Of a stretch of DNA of 20,000 nt, positions 1 to 11,097 are shown piece by piece; positions within the stretch are counted from its first letter, which is position 1; each line of letters starts with the position of its first letter. Source of the DNA: Chiloscyllium plagiosum (lineage: Eukaryota); NCBI RefSeq assembly GCF_004010195.1, contig NC_057756.1, positions 4,906,209-4,926,208 on the forward strand, written 5' to 3'. The notes beneath the pieces are model-generated. The model was given only the letters and a program-made list of their open reading frames with translations. It did not search any database and was not told where the DNA came from. The translations under genes and the position numbers were made by a program.

Positions 1-991
1 CAAGAACTGCTATTTATTACAAATATGTAGATTCTAACCACAGGCAAATAATTATGAAAACTTCACAGAAACTATACAAGCTAAAATTCAAAGCCCCTTC
101 TCAAGTACCCTTTTTCGTACACATTTACAGACAAAAAAACGTTGGTGTTATGAGTGGAGGGGAAACCAATACTGGGGAAACAATTCAAAAGCACTAGTCT
201 GCAGGACTCAATCCATTGTTCCTTTTGCTTCCTGAGTGCATCACTTTTCTGATATTTTCTTTCAGGTTTTCTCACATTTTCACAGGAGGTAGAGAGAGAC
301 TGGTTCACACATGATAAAATTTCTGTCTTATTCATAAAAGACGGCACCTTATAATAATGTGTGGACAAAAGTAAACTAGTTTTCTTCAGGCTTTCGGTAG
401 TTTGTTGCAGAGTCAGTGGTGCATGTCTGCCATTAACTTCCTCCAATATCGTTCACACCCAAGCTGTTCAGCTAGCTAGGAGCCAATCAGATGATTGTTG
501 TCAGGACTATGACTTGTGGCATCCACATTTGATCACAACTTCACAACCCAATTCTGATCGAGTATCACTTTGTACACGCCCTGTGATGCCAGCCCATCTG
601 CAAACAGCTCCCCCCACAGTTTGAACAATGTAAACCACCAGTTGCAATGAGTTGCTTTTTACAAGTACAGCAATTCCTTCCTCAGTCCTTTGCTGTAAAA
701 TAGTCATTTTCCTAGTTCAGTCCGCAATCCCAAGCAAAGTACAATAAAAAAACGCACCCTTTACATATGTTTTGACCCAATATCCATGAAGAAATCACTG
801 TATATATTCAAGTGGCAGATACTGTAGGTTTGCCAAACTTATACAGTTGCCAATGGGTGCTGTTACTGTGGGGCAGCAAGATGATAAGTCAAAAGAAATA
901 GATATTGAGTTCCCAGAGATGTAGTGTTGTGGGATAAGAAACAGCAAATTGCTGCAGATAATCTGATTGCAATACCATAGGGAAGAGTGAC

Positions 992-1292
992 ATTCAGCAA
1001 CAGCTTTACATTGAGTTGAACAACAGAGGAGAGGTGTTAAAGAGGATGGGGTGCATGGGCAAGAGCTCAGATGATGCAGGCTTCAGTAAAGTTAAGAAGG
1101 GAGGAATGGGTTGAGAGGGAGAGATGGTCAACAGGATAAGATGGAACAAGAAGAGAAAAGAGACAGGGTGGGAGACAGAAACTTGGAGTGAGAGGGAGAC
1201 AGAGAGATTGAGTGAGAGGGGCTGAGACAGAATGATTGGGTGATAGAGAGAGGCAGAGCAAGAGGAAGTGAATGGAAGAGTTGGAGAGAGAG
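992..1292 (+). repeat. Purine-rich dispersed repeat, copy 1 (partner at ~3043-3510)
   Basis: Shares colinear blocks with the second copy: tcagcaaca.cttt.catt, gtgttaaagagg, caggcttcagt.aagtt.agaa and gaatgatt.ggtga.ag.gagag.cagagcaag.ggaagtgaatgga.gagttggaga. Confidence 0.7.
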
Positions 1293-2004
1293 GGTGACAA
1301 GATGAGAGATAGTGATGATGAGCATGTTTATGCGGGGGGGGGGCAAGAAAGGAAGAGATAGGAATAGATTAACATCAAGAAGCTCAATGACAAGACTGGG
1401 ACATGTCAGTGGATACCAGGAAGACCGTTTGCATGATGTGGAGGTACACTGAGCTTGTAAGAACACTGAAATCAGAGGGCAGCAAGCAAGTTGAGATGTA
1501 GATTGAAATAATGAATCTCAGAAATTGCTCAATAAAATTTGTGAGACAATAATAATGGAGACTCTTAAGGGATGGGGTGGGAGATTTGCCTCTGAAAGAA
1601 TTTTAAAAGCAAAGATGAGAGAAGTGCATTGTGGTAGGACATTAATGAATCTTGTCTCTTGTTGCATCGAGTCACAACCAACAATGTTGTGAAGTCGTCA
1701 ATTGTATTATTCCCTGTGGAGGCAAAATTACACACAGTGTTGGTTCTACATATATTACTCTAGAGAAACAGCTATCTAAGTTCCTGTAAGGACAGAGTCG
1801 GTGGTTGGGAATGTGATATGCATAAAGCTGCCAAATACTCGGGAAAACAAGATGTGACATGCCCTCAGGAAATAAAATACTTTGACTGCTAGAAATCTGA
1901 AGTAATCAGTGTTCTAATTTGTTTCACAATGACACAGAATATATTCCCAGTAGAGAATGAATTCCAGGTGGTTTTGACAGACCTACATAAAGTTTCTGTG
2001 AATG

Positions 2005-2320
2005 AAAACAGGATATGAGCATCACTGGCTAGGCCAACATTTATTGCCAATACTATAGTCAACCTCATTGCTGTGGGTCTGGAGTCACATAAGCCACATA
2101 AGGATGGCAGCTTTCTTTCCCTAAAGGACAATGGTGAACTAGATGGGATTCCCCCTGGTAATCAGCAATGGTTTGATGGTCATCATTTGACACTTTATTC
2201 CATATTTTTATTCAATTCAATTCCATTATCTGCCATGGTGAGATTTGAACACAGGTCTCCAGACCCCTAGGTCTCTCTGCAGTAATTGCCAAGAAATAAC
2301 ACTACTAGATAATTGACCCT
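2005..2320 (-). mobile_element. Old tRNA-derived shark SINE (non-HE1 family)
   Basis: The minus strand shows an A-box-like ctagtagtgtt and B-box-like tgttcaaatctc head, then body tagggaaagaaagctgccatcctta...tgactccagacccacagcaatg. Related fragments at ~2990-3040 and ~7640-7720. Confidence 0.6.
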
Positions 2321-2386
2321 GCCTCAAAGGAAGAGGTCTCCGGTCAAACCTCTCAGATGTGGTTTAATGAACACTAACTAGTTCAT

Positions 2387-2737
2387 GGGTGACATAATGG
2401 CTCAGTGGTTAGCAGTGCTGTCTCACACCACCAGGGACGCAGACTTGGTTCCACACTCAGGCGACTGTCTGTATGGAGTTTGCACATTCTCCCCATGTCT
2501 GTGTGCACTTCCTCTGGATGCATCTGGTTTCCTCCCACAATCTAAAGATGTGCAGGTTAGGTGGATTGGCCATGCTAAGTTGACCATTGTGTCGAGATAT
2601 ATTCAGGCTAGGTAGATTAGCCATGGGAAGTGCAGGATTATGGGGATCGGGTGTGCCTGGGGGAAATGCTTCTCAGAGGTTTGGTGTGGACTCATGGGGT
2701 CAAATGGCTTGCTTTCATATTGTAGGGATTCTATGAT
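2387..2737 (+). mobile_element. HE1-type V-SINE (diverged)
   Basis: tggctcagtggttagca head, V-domain tgtatggagtttgcacattctcccc...ggtttcctcccaca, tail gggattctatga. Confidence 0.88.
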
Positions 2738-3042
2738 TTTACTTGTATGCAGAGAAGGAATATCAGATAGGCTCAAGTCCTGAAACTACTGAACTATTAG
2801 AAAGCAGTTGATCTGGAACGGAAGCCAAAACATTAATTTTTCCCTCTTCCCAGATCTGGAAGTTTAGGTAAATAATGCAGCACTGGTTCCATGTGAAGCC
2901 TATCAAAGCTGAACTTAATTTGTTTAAGGTGCTCAGTGTGGTTATCTTTGGAATTTCAATAATCAGTAGTTTGACATTCTATAGTGCTTCAGTGGGCAAT
3001 TAAAAGTGAACCACGTTGCTGTGGGTCTGCAGCCACAGTGAT

Positions 3043-3510
3043 AATCAGCAACAACTTTGCATTCAGTTAGATAGCCCAAAAGTGTTAAAGAGGGATTGGA
3101 GGGGGTGGAATGGGGAAGCTCACACACTACAGGCTTCAGTGAAGTTGAGAAAGGAGGGAGGGAAAGATGAGCAACAGGGAAAAGTAGCAGAAAAAGAAAA
3201 ATGTGACAGGGCGAGAGAGAGAATTGGATCGAGAGGGAGTGACTGGGGCCCCAAGAGAAGGTAATGGTGTGAGAGACAGTGCTACCAGGAAAGAGATGGG
3301 GAGAGAACGATATGGGAAAGAGAGGGAGAGAGACGGTGCACAAAGAAGATGGAGAGAATGAGAGAGAGAGGCGAGATGGTACAGCAGGGAGAGGTGGAGT
3401 GTGAGATAGGATGAGAGGAAGAGAGAGATAGATGGGGTGAGAGGCAGATGGAATGATTAGGTGACAGGGAGAGACAGAGCAAGGGGAAGTGAATGGAGGA
3501 GTTGGAGATA
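3043..3510 (+). repeat. Purine-rich dispersed repeat, copy 2
   Basis: Diverged direct repeat of ~992-1292 with a longer GA-rich interior. Confidence 0.7.
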
Positions 3511-3979
3511 GGTTTTGAAACAACTCCAGATTTTACAATGAATAAAATGCTCTCCAGCAGCCAATGATGCAAGTTGAAACCAAGTCTTTAACATATTCCA
3601 TTAGGGAGTCTCTGGACAGTTAGGTTAGTGAGAGTGCCATGATGTTTCCACCTCCTCCTGACTGAAACACTAATCAGTACTTAGCACGTTGACAATGCAC
3701 TCAAATGGCATGCGTTATTCTACAGTGCAGAGAACCTGAATGACTGTTCACTTCAAGTTCAAAATTCACAACAGCACATGTTGAAATTGGGTTCACTAGA
3801 TCCGGTTATGTGTGAGTAAGCACTGTAAATAGCTCTGAAAGCACATTTGTTCTCAAGAAAACCTGATTGTTTTGTAACAGCCTTCCAGGAAATATGCACA
3901 CTGTGAAGATTAAAGTCTCCACTCTTACACAAGATATTCAACATTGAATGGTGATGCATATTTACCATCTTGATATGTT

Positions 3980-3990
3980 TTACCCCTGTT
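3980..3990 (-). other. Candidate start of terminal exon of the CEACAM-like gene
   Basis: Good acceptor catttttatttattctcag|AA CAG GGG TAA. In phase 1 it would end the uninterrupted protein as ...YCELTEQG*. No nearby poly(A) signal seen. Confidence 0.3.
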
Positions 3991-4099
3991 CTGAGAATAA
4001 ATAAAAATGTGTGCATTCTCTATCTTTATAATCTGAATATAATGGAGGTCTTGCAAACATTTCATACAATTATATAATACATGTATTGTAATTCTATGT

Positions 4100-5140
4100 A
4101 TGGACAGAGAGCAATTACAATACAGGTGAGCGTCTTTGGCCCATCAAGTCTGTCCTGCTAAATCAACATTGAATCTGCACTAGTCCCACTTTCCAACACT
4201 AGTCTCATAGCCTTTAATGCTATGACATTTCAAGTGCTCATCCAAGTGCTTGCTAAAGATTGTGAGGTTACCTGTCTCAACTACTCACCCAGGCAGCCCA
4301 TTCCAGACACAGGTCCCCACCTTCTGAGTGAAAGAAGTCCTCAAATCAACTCTAAATTTCCTTCATTTCACCTCAAAATTCCATCGTTACAGATCAAGGG
4401 GAAGTGTTGCTTTCTATTCACCGACCCACGTCCCTTATAATCCCAAGCTCTTCTGGTGCAGCGTTAATGATACTACCTCTGGTCAGGAGAACAGGGTTCA
4501 AGCCCTATCTGCTCCAGCAATTGTAATAATATTTCCAAATTGGTTAATTAGGAAATAACTACTCCCTCGTAATCTCATACACCTCTATTTTGTCTGCCTC
4601 AACCTCGTCTGTTATAAAGATAACAACCTGATCTGATAAAGTAAGCAACAAATGCTGGACATCACGACAGGTCAGACAACATTCATGAACAGAAAGCAAG
4701 CTAACACTTCGAGTCTAGATGACTCTTCATCAGAGATCTGACAAACAGTCATCTGGACTCAAAGAATTAGCTTGATCTCTCTCCATGGATGCTGTCTGAC
4801 CCGCTGTGATCTCCAGCATTTGTTGCTTTCAGTACAGATTCCAGCATCTGTAGTAATTTGTTCCAAATGAACTTACACAGCCTCTCTTTATGCTCAACTT
4901 CAGGTAACTTCCTGGTAAAATGCCTTTGGATCCCCTCCAGTACCATCACATCCTTGCTGTGGTGTGGAGACTAGAACTGCACACAGTACCCCAGCTGTGA
5001 CCGAACCAAAGTTCTGTACATCTCCAACATAACCTCCTCACTCTTATAATCTATCTTGAATGATAAGGGCAAGCACCCCATATGTCTTCTTAACTACCCC
5101 ATTAGCCTACCCTTTGCCTTCAGGGATGTATGGACAATAT
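4100..5140 (-). mobile_element. Degraded CR1 LINE 3' end, interrupted by a PLE foldback
   Basis: Traces of the ORF2 C-terminus (e.g. VLEGIQRHFTRKLP) and a CR1-like 3' UTR; insertion at ~4643-4860. Confidence 0.7.
4643..4860. mobile_element. Palindromic pair of Penelope-like termini with two decayed hammerhead motifs
   Basis: Inverted arms from aagcaacaaatgctgga (4643) to tccagcatttgttgctt (4828), centred on catcag-agat-ctgaca. Minus core ctgatgaagagtcatctagactcgaagtgtt; plus core ctgacaaacagtcatctggactcaaagaatt. Confidence 0.7.
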
Positions 5141-5415
5141 CCTGCTGAGCTTCCTAGTGTTCTGATTTCTAATCAATCTGTTCAGACACATCTCTGGAAG
5201 AGGTGGGACTTAAAACCTTGGCTCCCAGCCTCAAAGGTTATTACTGTACTAGACGTATTCTTGTTATTACTGCAAGTATTTTTGACCAACCTGCTCAGGA
5301 TGTTGTAACACATGTGGGAATTGAAACTAGATCTTCTGGCTTTGACGTAGGGTCACTACCACTGTACTGCAAGACTGTGCTCTTCAGTAACTTAAAAACT
5401 TTTCTGTCAACTTAC

Positions 5416-5458
5416 CTGTCAGTTCACAGTACACAGTCAAATCTTATGGCTGCAATTC
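5416..5458 (-). CDS. CEACAM-like receptor, cytoplasmic micro-exon 4 (second half of ITAM, in-frame TAA at 5446-5444)
   Basis: 43 bp after a 129-bp intron; acceptor ttttggttataacag|GAA, consensus donor CAG|gtaagt. Reads ELQP*DLTVYCELT, which aligns with the CEACAM3 ITAM half ELLKHDTNIYCRM. Confidence 0.7.
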
Positions 5459-5587
5459 CTGTTATAACCAAAAGGATAGCTGTTATTCATGAACAAAAGT
5501 AGCGAGTGATTTAAAGAGATCCTTTGTAAAATAGGGAATACATTGTAACTGGATTTTTGAAATGAATATACAAAATGAGGTCCTGAC

Positions 5588-5629
5588 CAAGTAGAATGCG
5601 TTCCCATCAGGTAGATTTGTATCGCTCTC
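5588..5629 (-). CDS. CEACAM-like receptor, cytoplasmic micro-exon 3 (first ITAM tyrosine)
   Basis: 42 bp, strong acceptor cttttctctttaatttcatttgtacag|GAG, donor TTG|gtcagg, phase 0-0. Encodes ESDTNLPDGNAFYL. Confidence 0.72.
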
Positions 5630-5899
5630 CTGTACAAATGAAATTAAAGAGAAAAGATTATGTAATAAGGTTCTGCAAAAAAATGACACAGTACCTTCAG
5701 AAATTAGACATGTCCATGTTCAGTCAAGTGAGTTCAGCTCAAAGGCAGGTCCTTTGCTCATTCTCAACTGATGACTCATATCGAGCTGTTTTCTTTGGCA
5801 GTCTTTGTTAACCACAGTTTACCACTACCCCCCACCCCCCGCCACCACCTCCCCCCCCCAAATAAAGGCTGGTGAGGAAACCAGTTCCAAGTCTACCTC

Positions 5900-6540
5900 A
5901 TAGAGTCGTACAGATGTACAGAACAGAAACAAACCCTTTGCTCCAACTCGTCCCTGCCGACCAGATATCCCAACCCAATCTAGTCCCATTTGCCAGTACT
6001 GGGCCCATATCCCTCTAAACCCTTCCTATTCATATACCCATCCAGATGCCTTTTAATTGCTGTAATTGTACCAGCCTCCGCCAGTTCCTCTGGGAGCTCA
6101 TTCCATACACGTACCACCCTCTGCGTGAAAACATTGTTCCTGAGGTCTCTTTCATATCTTTCCTCTCTCACCCTAAACCTATGCCCTCCAGTTCTGAACG
6201 CCCCCCCACCCCAGGGAAAGGACTTTGTCTATTTACCCTATCCATGCCCCTCATGATTTTATAAACCTCTATAAGGTCATCCCTCAGCCTCCGACGCTCC
6301 AGGGGAAAACAGCCCCAGCCTACACAACCTCTCTCTTTAGCTCAAATCCCTCCAACCCTTGGAGGATTGTAAATCTTTTCTGAACCCTTTCATGTTTCAC
6401 ATTATCCTTCTGATAGGAAGGAGACCAGAATTGAACGCAATATTCCAAACGTGGCCTAACCAACGCCCTGTATAGGTGCAACATGACCTCCCAACTCCTG
6501 TACTCAATACTCGGACCAATAAAAGAAAGCATACCAAACA
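5900..6540 (-). mobile_element. CR1 (HER1-like) LINE 3' fragment
   Basis: Typical CR1 ORF2 C-terminal peptides IEYRSWEVMLHLYRALVRPRLEYCVQFWSP and RNNVFTQRVVRVWNELPEE, followed by the 3' UTR. Confidence 0.92.
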
Positions 6541-6727
6541 GCAGTCAGAGCAAAAATCAAGTTTGCTATTGAATTTTACATTTTGTTTTCTTCATCTTTA
6601 CCTTGGAGTTGGGAACTGTGACCTGAGAGCTGACCATGACCTTTGGATTGAGAGCAGCAGCATGTTAAAACATGCACTGTCAATGTTATGGTTCTGGAGA
6701 GGCGTTATGCTCATAACAAACATTGAA

Positions 6728-7400
6728 TGTTAACTGGGGCATAATGGGCAGGCAACCAGTCTAACAAAGAGAAGCCAGGGTTTAACTTTGACCTTTCACT
6801 TATGTTTGAGTCAGAAGTAAAGTACCTGCAAAAACTGCAGGATGGAAGTTTGATTGCTGTCTGGTTAACCCCTGATCATCAACTTATTGAAAATATGGAG
6901 AATAGAATCTCTGTAGGAAATGAACGAATATTCCTTGGAGTCTATTGGAAGCTATCTACGTACATCAGGAACCGAGAAAGATACCGTCCCATGTTCCTCT
7001 GATGTTATGAATCACGGAAACAGCTTAAGATAGTGGCCAGTTCGATGTTATTTATTTTTGCATTTTGGAGACACAAACTGTGTCTGTTTGCCTGTCTGTC
7101 TTTGTATGAGAGTGGGGCTAGAATAAAGAAAGATTGGGTTTAAATCATAGATGTTAATTCGATTATTTTGTGACATAGCATTGTTCTGCTAAACCGACTG
7201 TATTATTAACAGCTTGTCAAATCTTTAAGCTATGGTATCTGATATCAATTGTTCACAAAGTCTGGTGCTGGCTATTAACCTCATTAGGAACCACTGGGTC
7301 AATTTTGCAGGTTATTTGATATTTTAATTTTACTGTGTTGGAAACGCAGGGATAGGCAGGCTGACTTGATTTGGTTGTCTGTCTCCGTGTCGGAATATTT
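6728..7400 (+). mobile_element. Possible degraded solo LTR
   Basis: TGT start, internal AATAAA (~7122) and a T-rich U5-like end. No target-site duplication confirmed. Confidence 0.25.
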
Positions 7401-7830
7401 GTGTTGTCGACAATTAGAACACTAAACAAAGTTAGCGGAGATCTGTCTCTGGTGTTTCATACATCTCAAATTGCAATCTGATCCAAACTTCCCATCCTCA
7501 AAATGAATTTCAGTGGTGAAAGTCCACTTTGAACAATGAAGGAGCAAACGCTCATCCAATTTCAATCTGATGAGATTCTCATTTTGGCGATGACATTAGA
7601 AAGCCACATCAAGATGCTATCTTCCACGAGGAACGTTTATGGATTGTCGTTAGATCCAGTTGGGTCCTGAGTAAGGGAAAGGAAACTGAATCCTATAGAC
7701 CTCACCCCAGTATGGCCTATCTGTTAATGCAGCTCATTTCAATTACAGAAATGACAGCGTTGGTTGCACAAGACAGTTTTTACTCAATACTCTCAACAGT
7801 GTAAGCATCCATTAAAATAAGTGGACCAAC

Positions 7831-7895
7831 CTTCTCTGTTCTTGGAATATTTTCATATATCGCTGCTGAATTTTCATCCAATACAGTGCAGTATT
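7831..7895 (-). CDS. CEACAM-like receptor, cytoplasmic micro-exon 2 (tyrosine motifs)
   Basis: 65 bp, acceptor ttgcattcccacag|AA, donor AAG|gttggt, phase 1 to phase 0. Encodes (E)YCTVLDENSAAIYENIPRTEK. Confidence 0.78.
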
Positions 7896-7920
7896 CTGTG
7901 GGAATGCAAATTGTTAATTA

Positions 7921-8222
7921 GAATCTTGACAGTGTGGAAACAGAATCTTTGGCCCAACAAGTCCGCACCGGCCCTCTGAAGGGTAGCTCACCCAGACTCA
8001 CTCCCCTACCCTATATTTACCCCTGACTAATAACCGACACCATGGGCAATTTAGCACAGCCAATTCACCTTGCCCGCACCTCTTTGGATTGTGGGAGGAA
8101 ACCCACGCAGACACAGGGAGAATGTGCAACCTCCACACAGACAGTCACCCAAGGCTGGAATTGAACGTGGGGCCCTGGCACTGTGAGGCAGCAGTGCTAA
8201 CCACTGAGCCACAGTGCCACCC
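7921..8222 (-). mobile_element. HE1-type V-SINE
   Basis: Reverse complement of gggtggcactgtggctcagtggttagcactgctgcctcacag...tgtttccacactgt. Confidence 0.92.
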
Positions 8223-8299
8223 TTACCATATTGAATCAGAGAATGAAGCAAATCAGAAACAAACCTTTTCACCTGCCACTTCATTATCAGCTCTACATA

Positions 8300-8490
8300 C
8301 TATCCCGGGATCATTTGGTTGGATTGAGGATTTGTGTTACCGAGTTCAGGGTTACCATGAAGAATTGTCCTTCTCAATCTTTTCCCCTTGCCTGATGTGT
8401 GGTGACCCTCAGGTTAAACCACTGCTAATTGTCTATCTCTAGTAAGAGGGCAGCCCCATGGCCTGGTAAGACTATGGAGGCTTTACTCCC
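8300..8490 (+). mobile_element. Fragment of a third SINE-like family
   Basis: ggtgaccctcaggttaaaccac...ggtaagactatgg.ggctttac body. A probably related minus-strand piece with a tRNA-like head lies at ~9715-9860. Confidence 0.4.
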
Positions 8491-8974
8491 ATTTCCCCAC
8501 GGCTTTGTCAATAAGTTCCCTTCAATTTTCATTGGAAATTCCTTTGCAATTTGCTTGAAGTGGCATTTTGGACTGTATATTTTGGCTGGGAAAAACTCTG
8601 CATCTCACAGCTGTTAACTTTTAAATTTTTAATCCTGCAATTAATTTGCTCTTTTCTGTGTCTGAAAACAGCCTGGCCTAATATCCTCTGTGTCACAATT
8701 GTTTTATCACCTCTGTCAAATTTCTGTTTAACCTCAATTCTTTAAGAGGAATCACCCTGATATGTCCAGTCTCTCCACTGAACTAAAGTCCTTGTTTCCT
8801 GTCAGTAATCTGGTCACACACACACACTTCAAGACACCAACATTAGCCTCAAATCAATGAATCATCCCAGTGCCAAAAGACTTCAAACAATTAATTTCCT
8901 TTGGAGGAATTATAGCTTTATTTTTTGCTCTATATGCTGGTTTCTAAACGGATTCTGTGTTTCCCTAAATAAAT

Positions 8975-9270
8975 GATTAGATTAGATTACTTACAGTGTG
9001 GAAACAGGCCATTCAGCCCAACAAGTCCACACCGACCCTCCGAAGAGCAACCCACCCAGACCCATTCCCCTACATTTACCCCTTCACCTAACACTACGGG
9101 ACAATTTAGCATGGCCAATTCACCCTAACCTGCACATTTTTGGACTGTGGGAGGAAACCCACGCAGACACGGGGAGAATATGCAAACTCCACACAGTCAG
9201 TCGCCTGAGGTGGTAATTGAACCCAGGTCTCTGGCACTCTGAGGCAGCAGTGCTAACCACTGCACCCGTG
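8975..9270 (-). mobile_element. HE1-type V-SINE
   Basis: (taatc)n tail, V-domain and tRNA head on the minus strand. Confidence 0.92.
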
Positions 9271-9479
9271 GCTACTAGGGTGAGAAAATTACAATCAAAG
9301 GCATTCATTTGAAACAATCTTAATTTCGGAATGGGAAGCTTTAAGATTATAAGAGTGATTTAAACTTTACATGTTCATGTTAAATGAGTAACAGAGTCAG
9401 AGTCCCATTTCACATATCATTTTACACAACAGGTAAGGAAAAAAAATGATTTGCTCTCATCTGTCCCCAGACAGAAGTG

Positions 9480-9609
9480 ACTCTTGCATAGGCACATGGA
9501 TGATAGTAAAATGAAGGGTATGTAGGTTAGTTTGATCTTACAGTAGGATAAAAGGTTGGCACAACATCAGGGGCCAAAGGGCCTGTGCTGTGCTGTTCTA
9601 TGTTCTATG
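9480..9609 (+). mobile_element. CR1 extreme 3' end
   Basis: gggccaaagggcctgtgctgtgctgttctatgttctatg terminal stem-loop plus short-repeat tail. Confidence 0.7.
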
Positions 9610-9974
9610 AAACAGCCTGAATGCGTCATTATCTGGGTTGTCGTGATAGCTGACTGATAAGACAAATGGAGCTCATTGACTAAGTTGTCAAAGTCCTGTT
9701 CAGTCATTAGGCAGACACAACTGGTGGTGATCTGCCCACGCCTCGGCTGAGGAGAGAGGTTGTCAAGAAGAGAACAGGAATTACAACCGTTGTAGGAATT
9801 GAACCCATGCTGTTGGTGCCACTCTTCAAACCTGCCATTCGGCCAACTGAACTAACAACCCCTTTCACAAAAACTGGGGACCAAAGAATTCAAAACATCC
9901 ATCTCCTTGTTAGTCCCCTAAGTAGCGTGCGTGCATGGAGTAGTTGGGACTGAGAACCCAGATGCTTTGACTCC

Positions 9975-10497
9975 TGAGTACTGGGTTCAATCCTGGTTGA
10001 CCAGTTATCGGTAGGGTATTGTTAAGCTGGAGAGGGTTCAGAAGATATTATTATGTTGTCAGGTACGAAAGGTTTGAATTATAAAGAAAGGCTCGATAGG
10101 CTGGGACATTTTTCACTAGAGTATAGGAGGTTGAGAGGTGACCTAATACAAGTTTATAAAATCATGAGGATAGGTTTAAGGGCAGGTACCTTTTACCCAA
10201 GGATGGGGGATTTCATGACTAAGGGACACAGTGTGAGGAGAGAGATTTTAAAAAGACATGAGGGGCAAATCTTTTACCCAGAGGCTGATTTGTGTGTGGA
10301 ATGAGCTTCCTGATGAAGTGGTGGATGTGGGGACAGTTACAACATTTAACAGCCATTTGGATAAGGCCATGAATGGGAAATGTTTAGAGGGATATGGGCC
10401 AGGAGCAGGCAAATGGGACTGGTTTAGTTTGGGATTACGTTTGGCATGGACTGGTTGGATGGAAGAATCCCTTTCTGTGCTGTACGACTCTTTGACT
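9975..10497 (+). mobile_element. CR1 LINE 3' fragment
   Basis: LNYKERLDRLGHFSLEYRRLRGDLIQVYKIM and FTQRLICVWNELPDEVV peptides; tail tgctgtacgactctttgact. Confidence 0.92.
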
Positions 10498-10745
10498 GTA
10501 CTCTGCACAGTCTTGAGCTTTCATGAAGAAAAGGTCAAAGGAGTCAAAACCGACAAGAAACAGAGCATGCGTGATGTATAAGTCAAGAGATTTGCAATAG
10601 CAGATAGTTCGCATTAGGAATAACCTCTGTTCACCATTCACAAAATAGTACAATGTTGAATATGTGCATGAAGTAGAATTTTCAGTCATGCATGTGTTGA
10701 GAATAGTGTCCTCAAAATGAACATCAAGCGAGCCATGCAATCACT

Positions 10746-11063
10746 GGGCGGCACAGTGGCACAGTGGTTAGCACTGCTGCCTCACAGCTCCAGAGACCCG
10801 GGTTCAATTCCCGCCTCAGGCGACTGACTGTGTGGAGTTTGCACGTTCTCCCAGCGTCTGCGTGGGTTTCCTCCGGGTGCTCCGGTTTCCTCCCACAGTC
10901 CAAAGATGTGCAGGTCAGGTGAATTGGCCATGCTAAATTGCCCATAGTGTTAGGTAAGGGGTAAATGTAGGGGCATGGGTGGGTTACGCTTCGGCGGGTC
11001 GGTGTGGACTTGTTGGGCCGAAGGGCCTGTTTCCACACTGTAATGTAATGTAATCTAATCTAA
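10746..11063 (+). mobile_element. HE1-type V-SINE, full-length and young
   Basis: gggcggcacagtggcacagtggttagcac (A box), gggttcaattccc (B box), V-domain, CpGs retained, tail taatgtaatgtaatctaatctaa. Confidence 0.95.
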
Positions 11064-11097
11064 AGCATAGAACGAGGATTGATGCATTCGCTTGTCT

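Noticed and set aside
81..720. Short minus-strand ORFs and a CCAAT-containing segment (agccaatcag), possibly an LTR or transposon remnant
   Set aside because: No recognisable domain, termini or target-site duplication.
2963..3572. S/L/P-rich minus-strand ORFs (also 1067-1466)
   Set aside because: These are translations of GA/CT low-complexity tracts.
5538..5587. Alternative donor AAT|gtattc that would give SSYN|ELQP
   Set aside because: It needs a phase-2 entry at 5629, incompatible with the phase-0 upstream exon, and the donor is weak with a shorter intron.
7630..7690. Strong-looking minus-strand acceptor tttcctttcccttactcag
   Set aside because: It lies in a degraded SINE fragment, all frames stop quickly (phase 0 gives DPTGSNDNP*), and there is no matching donor. 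A cryptic terminal exon cannot be fully excluded.
10633..10710. Minus-strand ENSTSCTYSTLYYFVNG with an ITIM-like TYSTL and a possible donor G|gtgaac
   Set aside because: No phase-1 YAG acceptor in that frame (only a weak GAG in phase 0), and the gene model is phase-complete without it.
10746..10820. tRNA gene-like A and B boxes
   Set aside because: These are SINE heads continuing into the V-domain, not tRNA genes. The recurrent ORFs such as LDCGRKPEHPEETH are likewise SINE translations.
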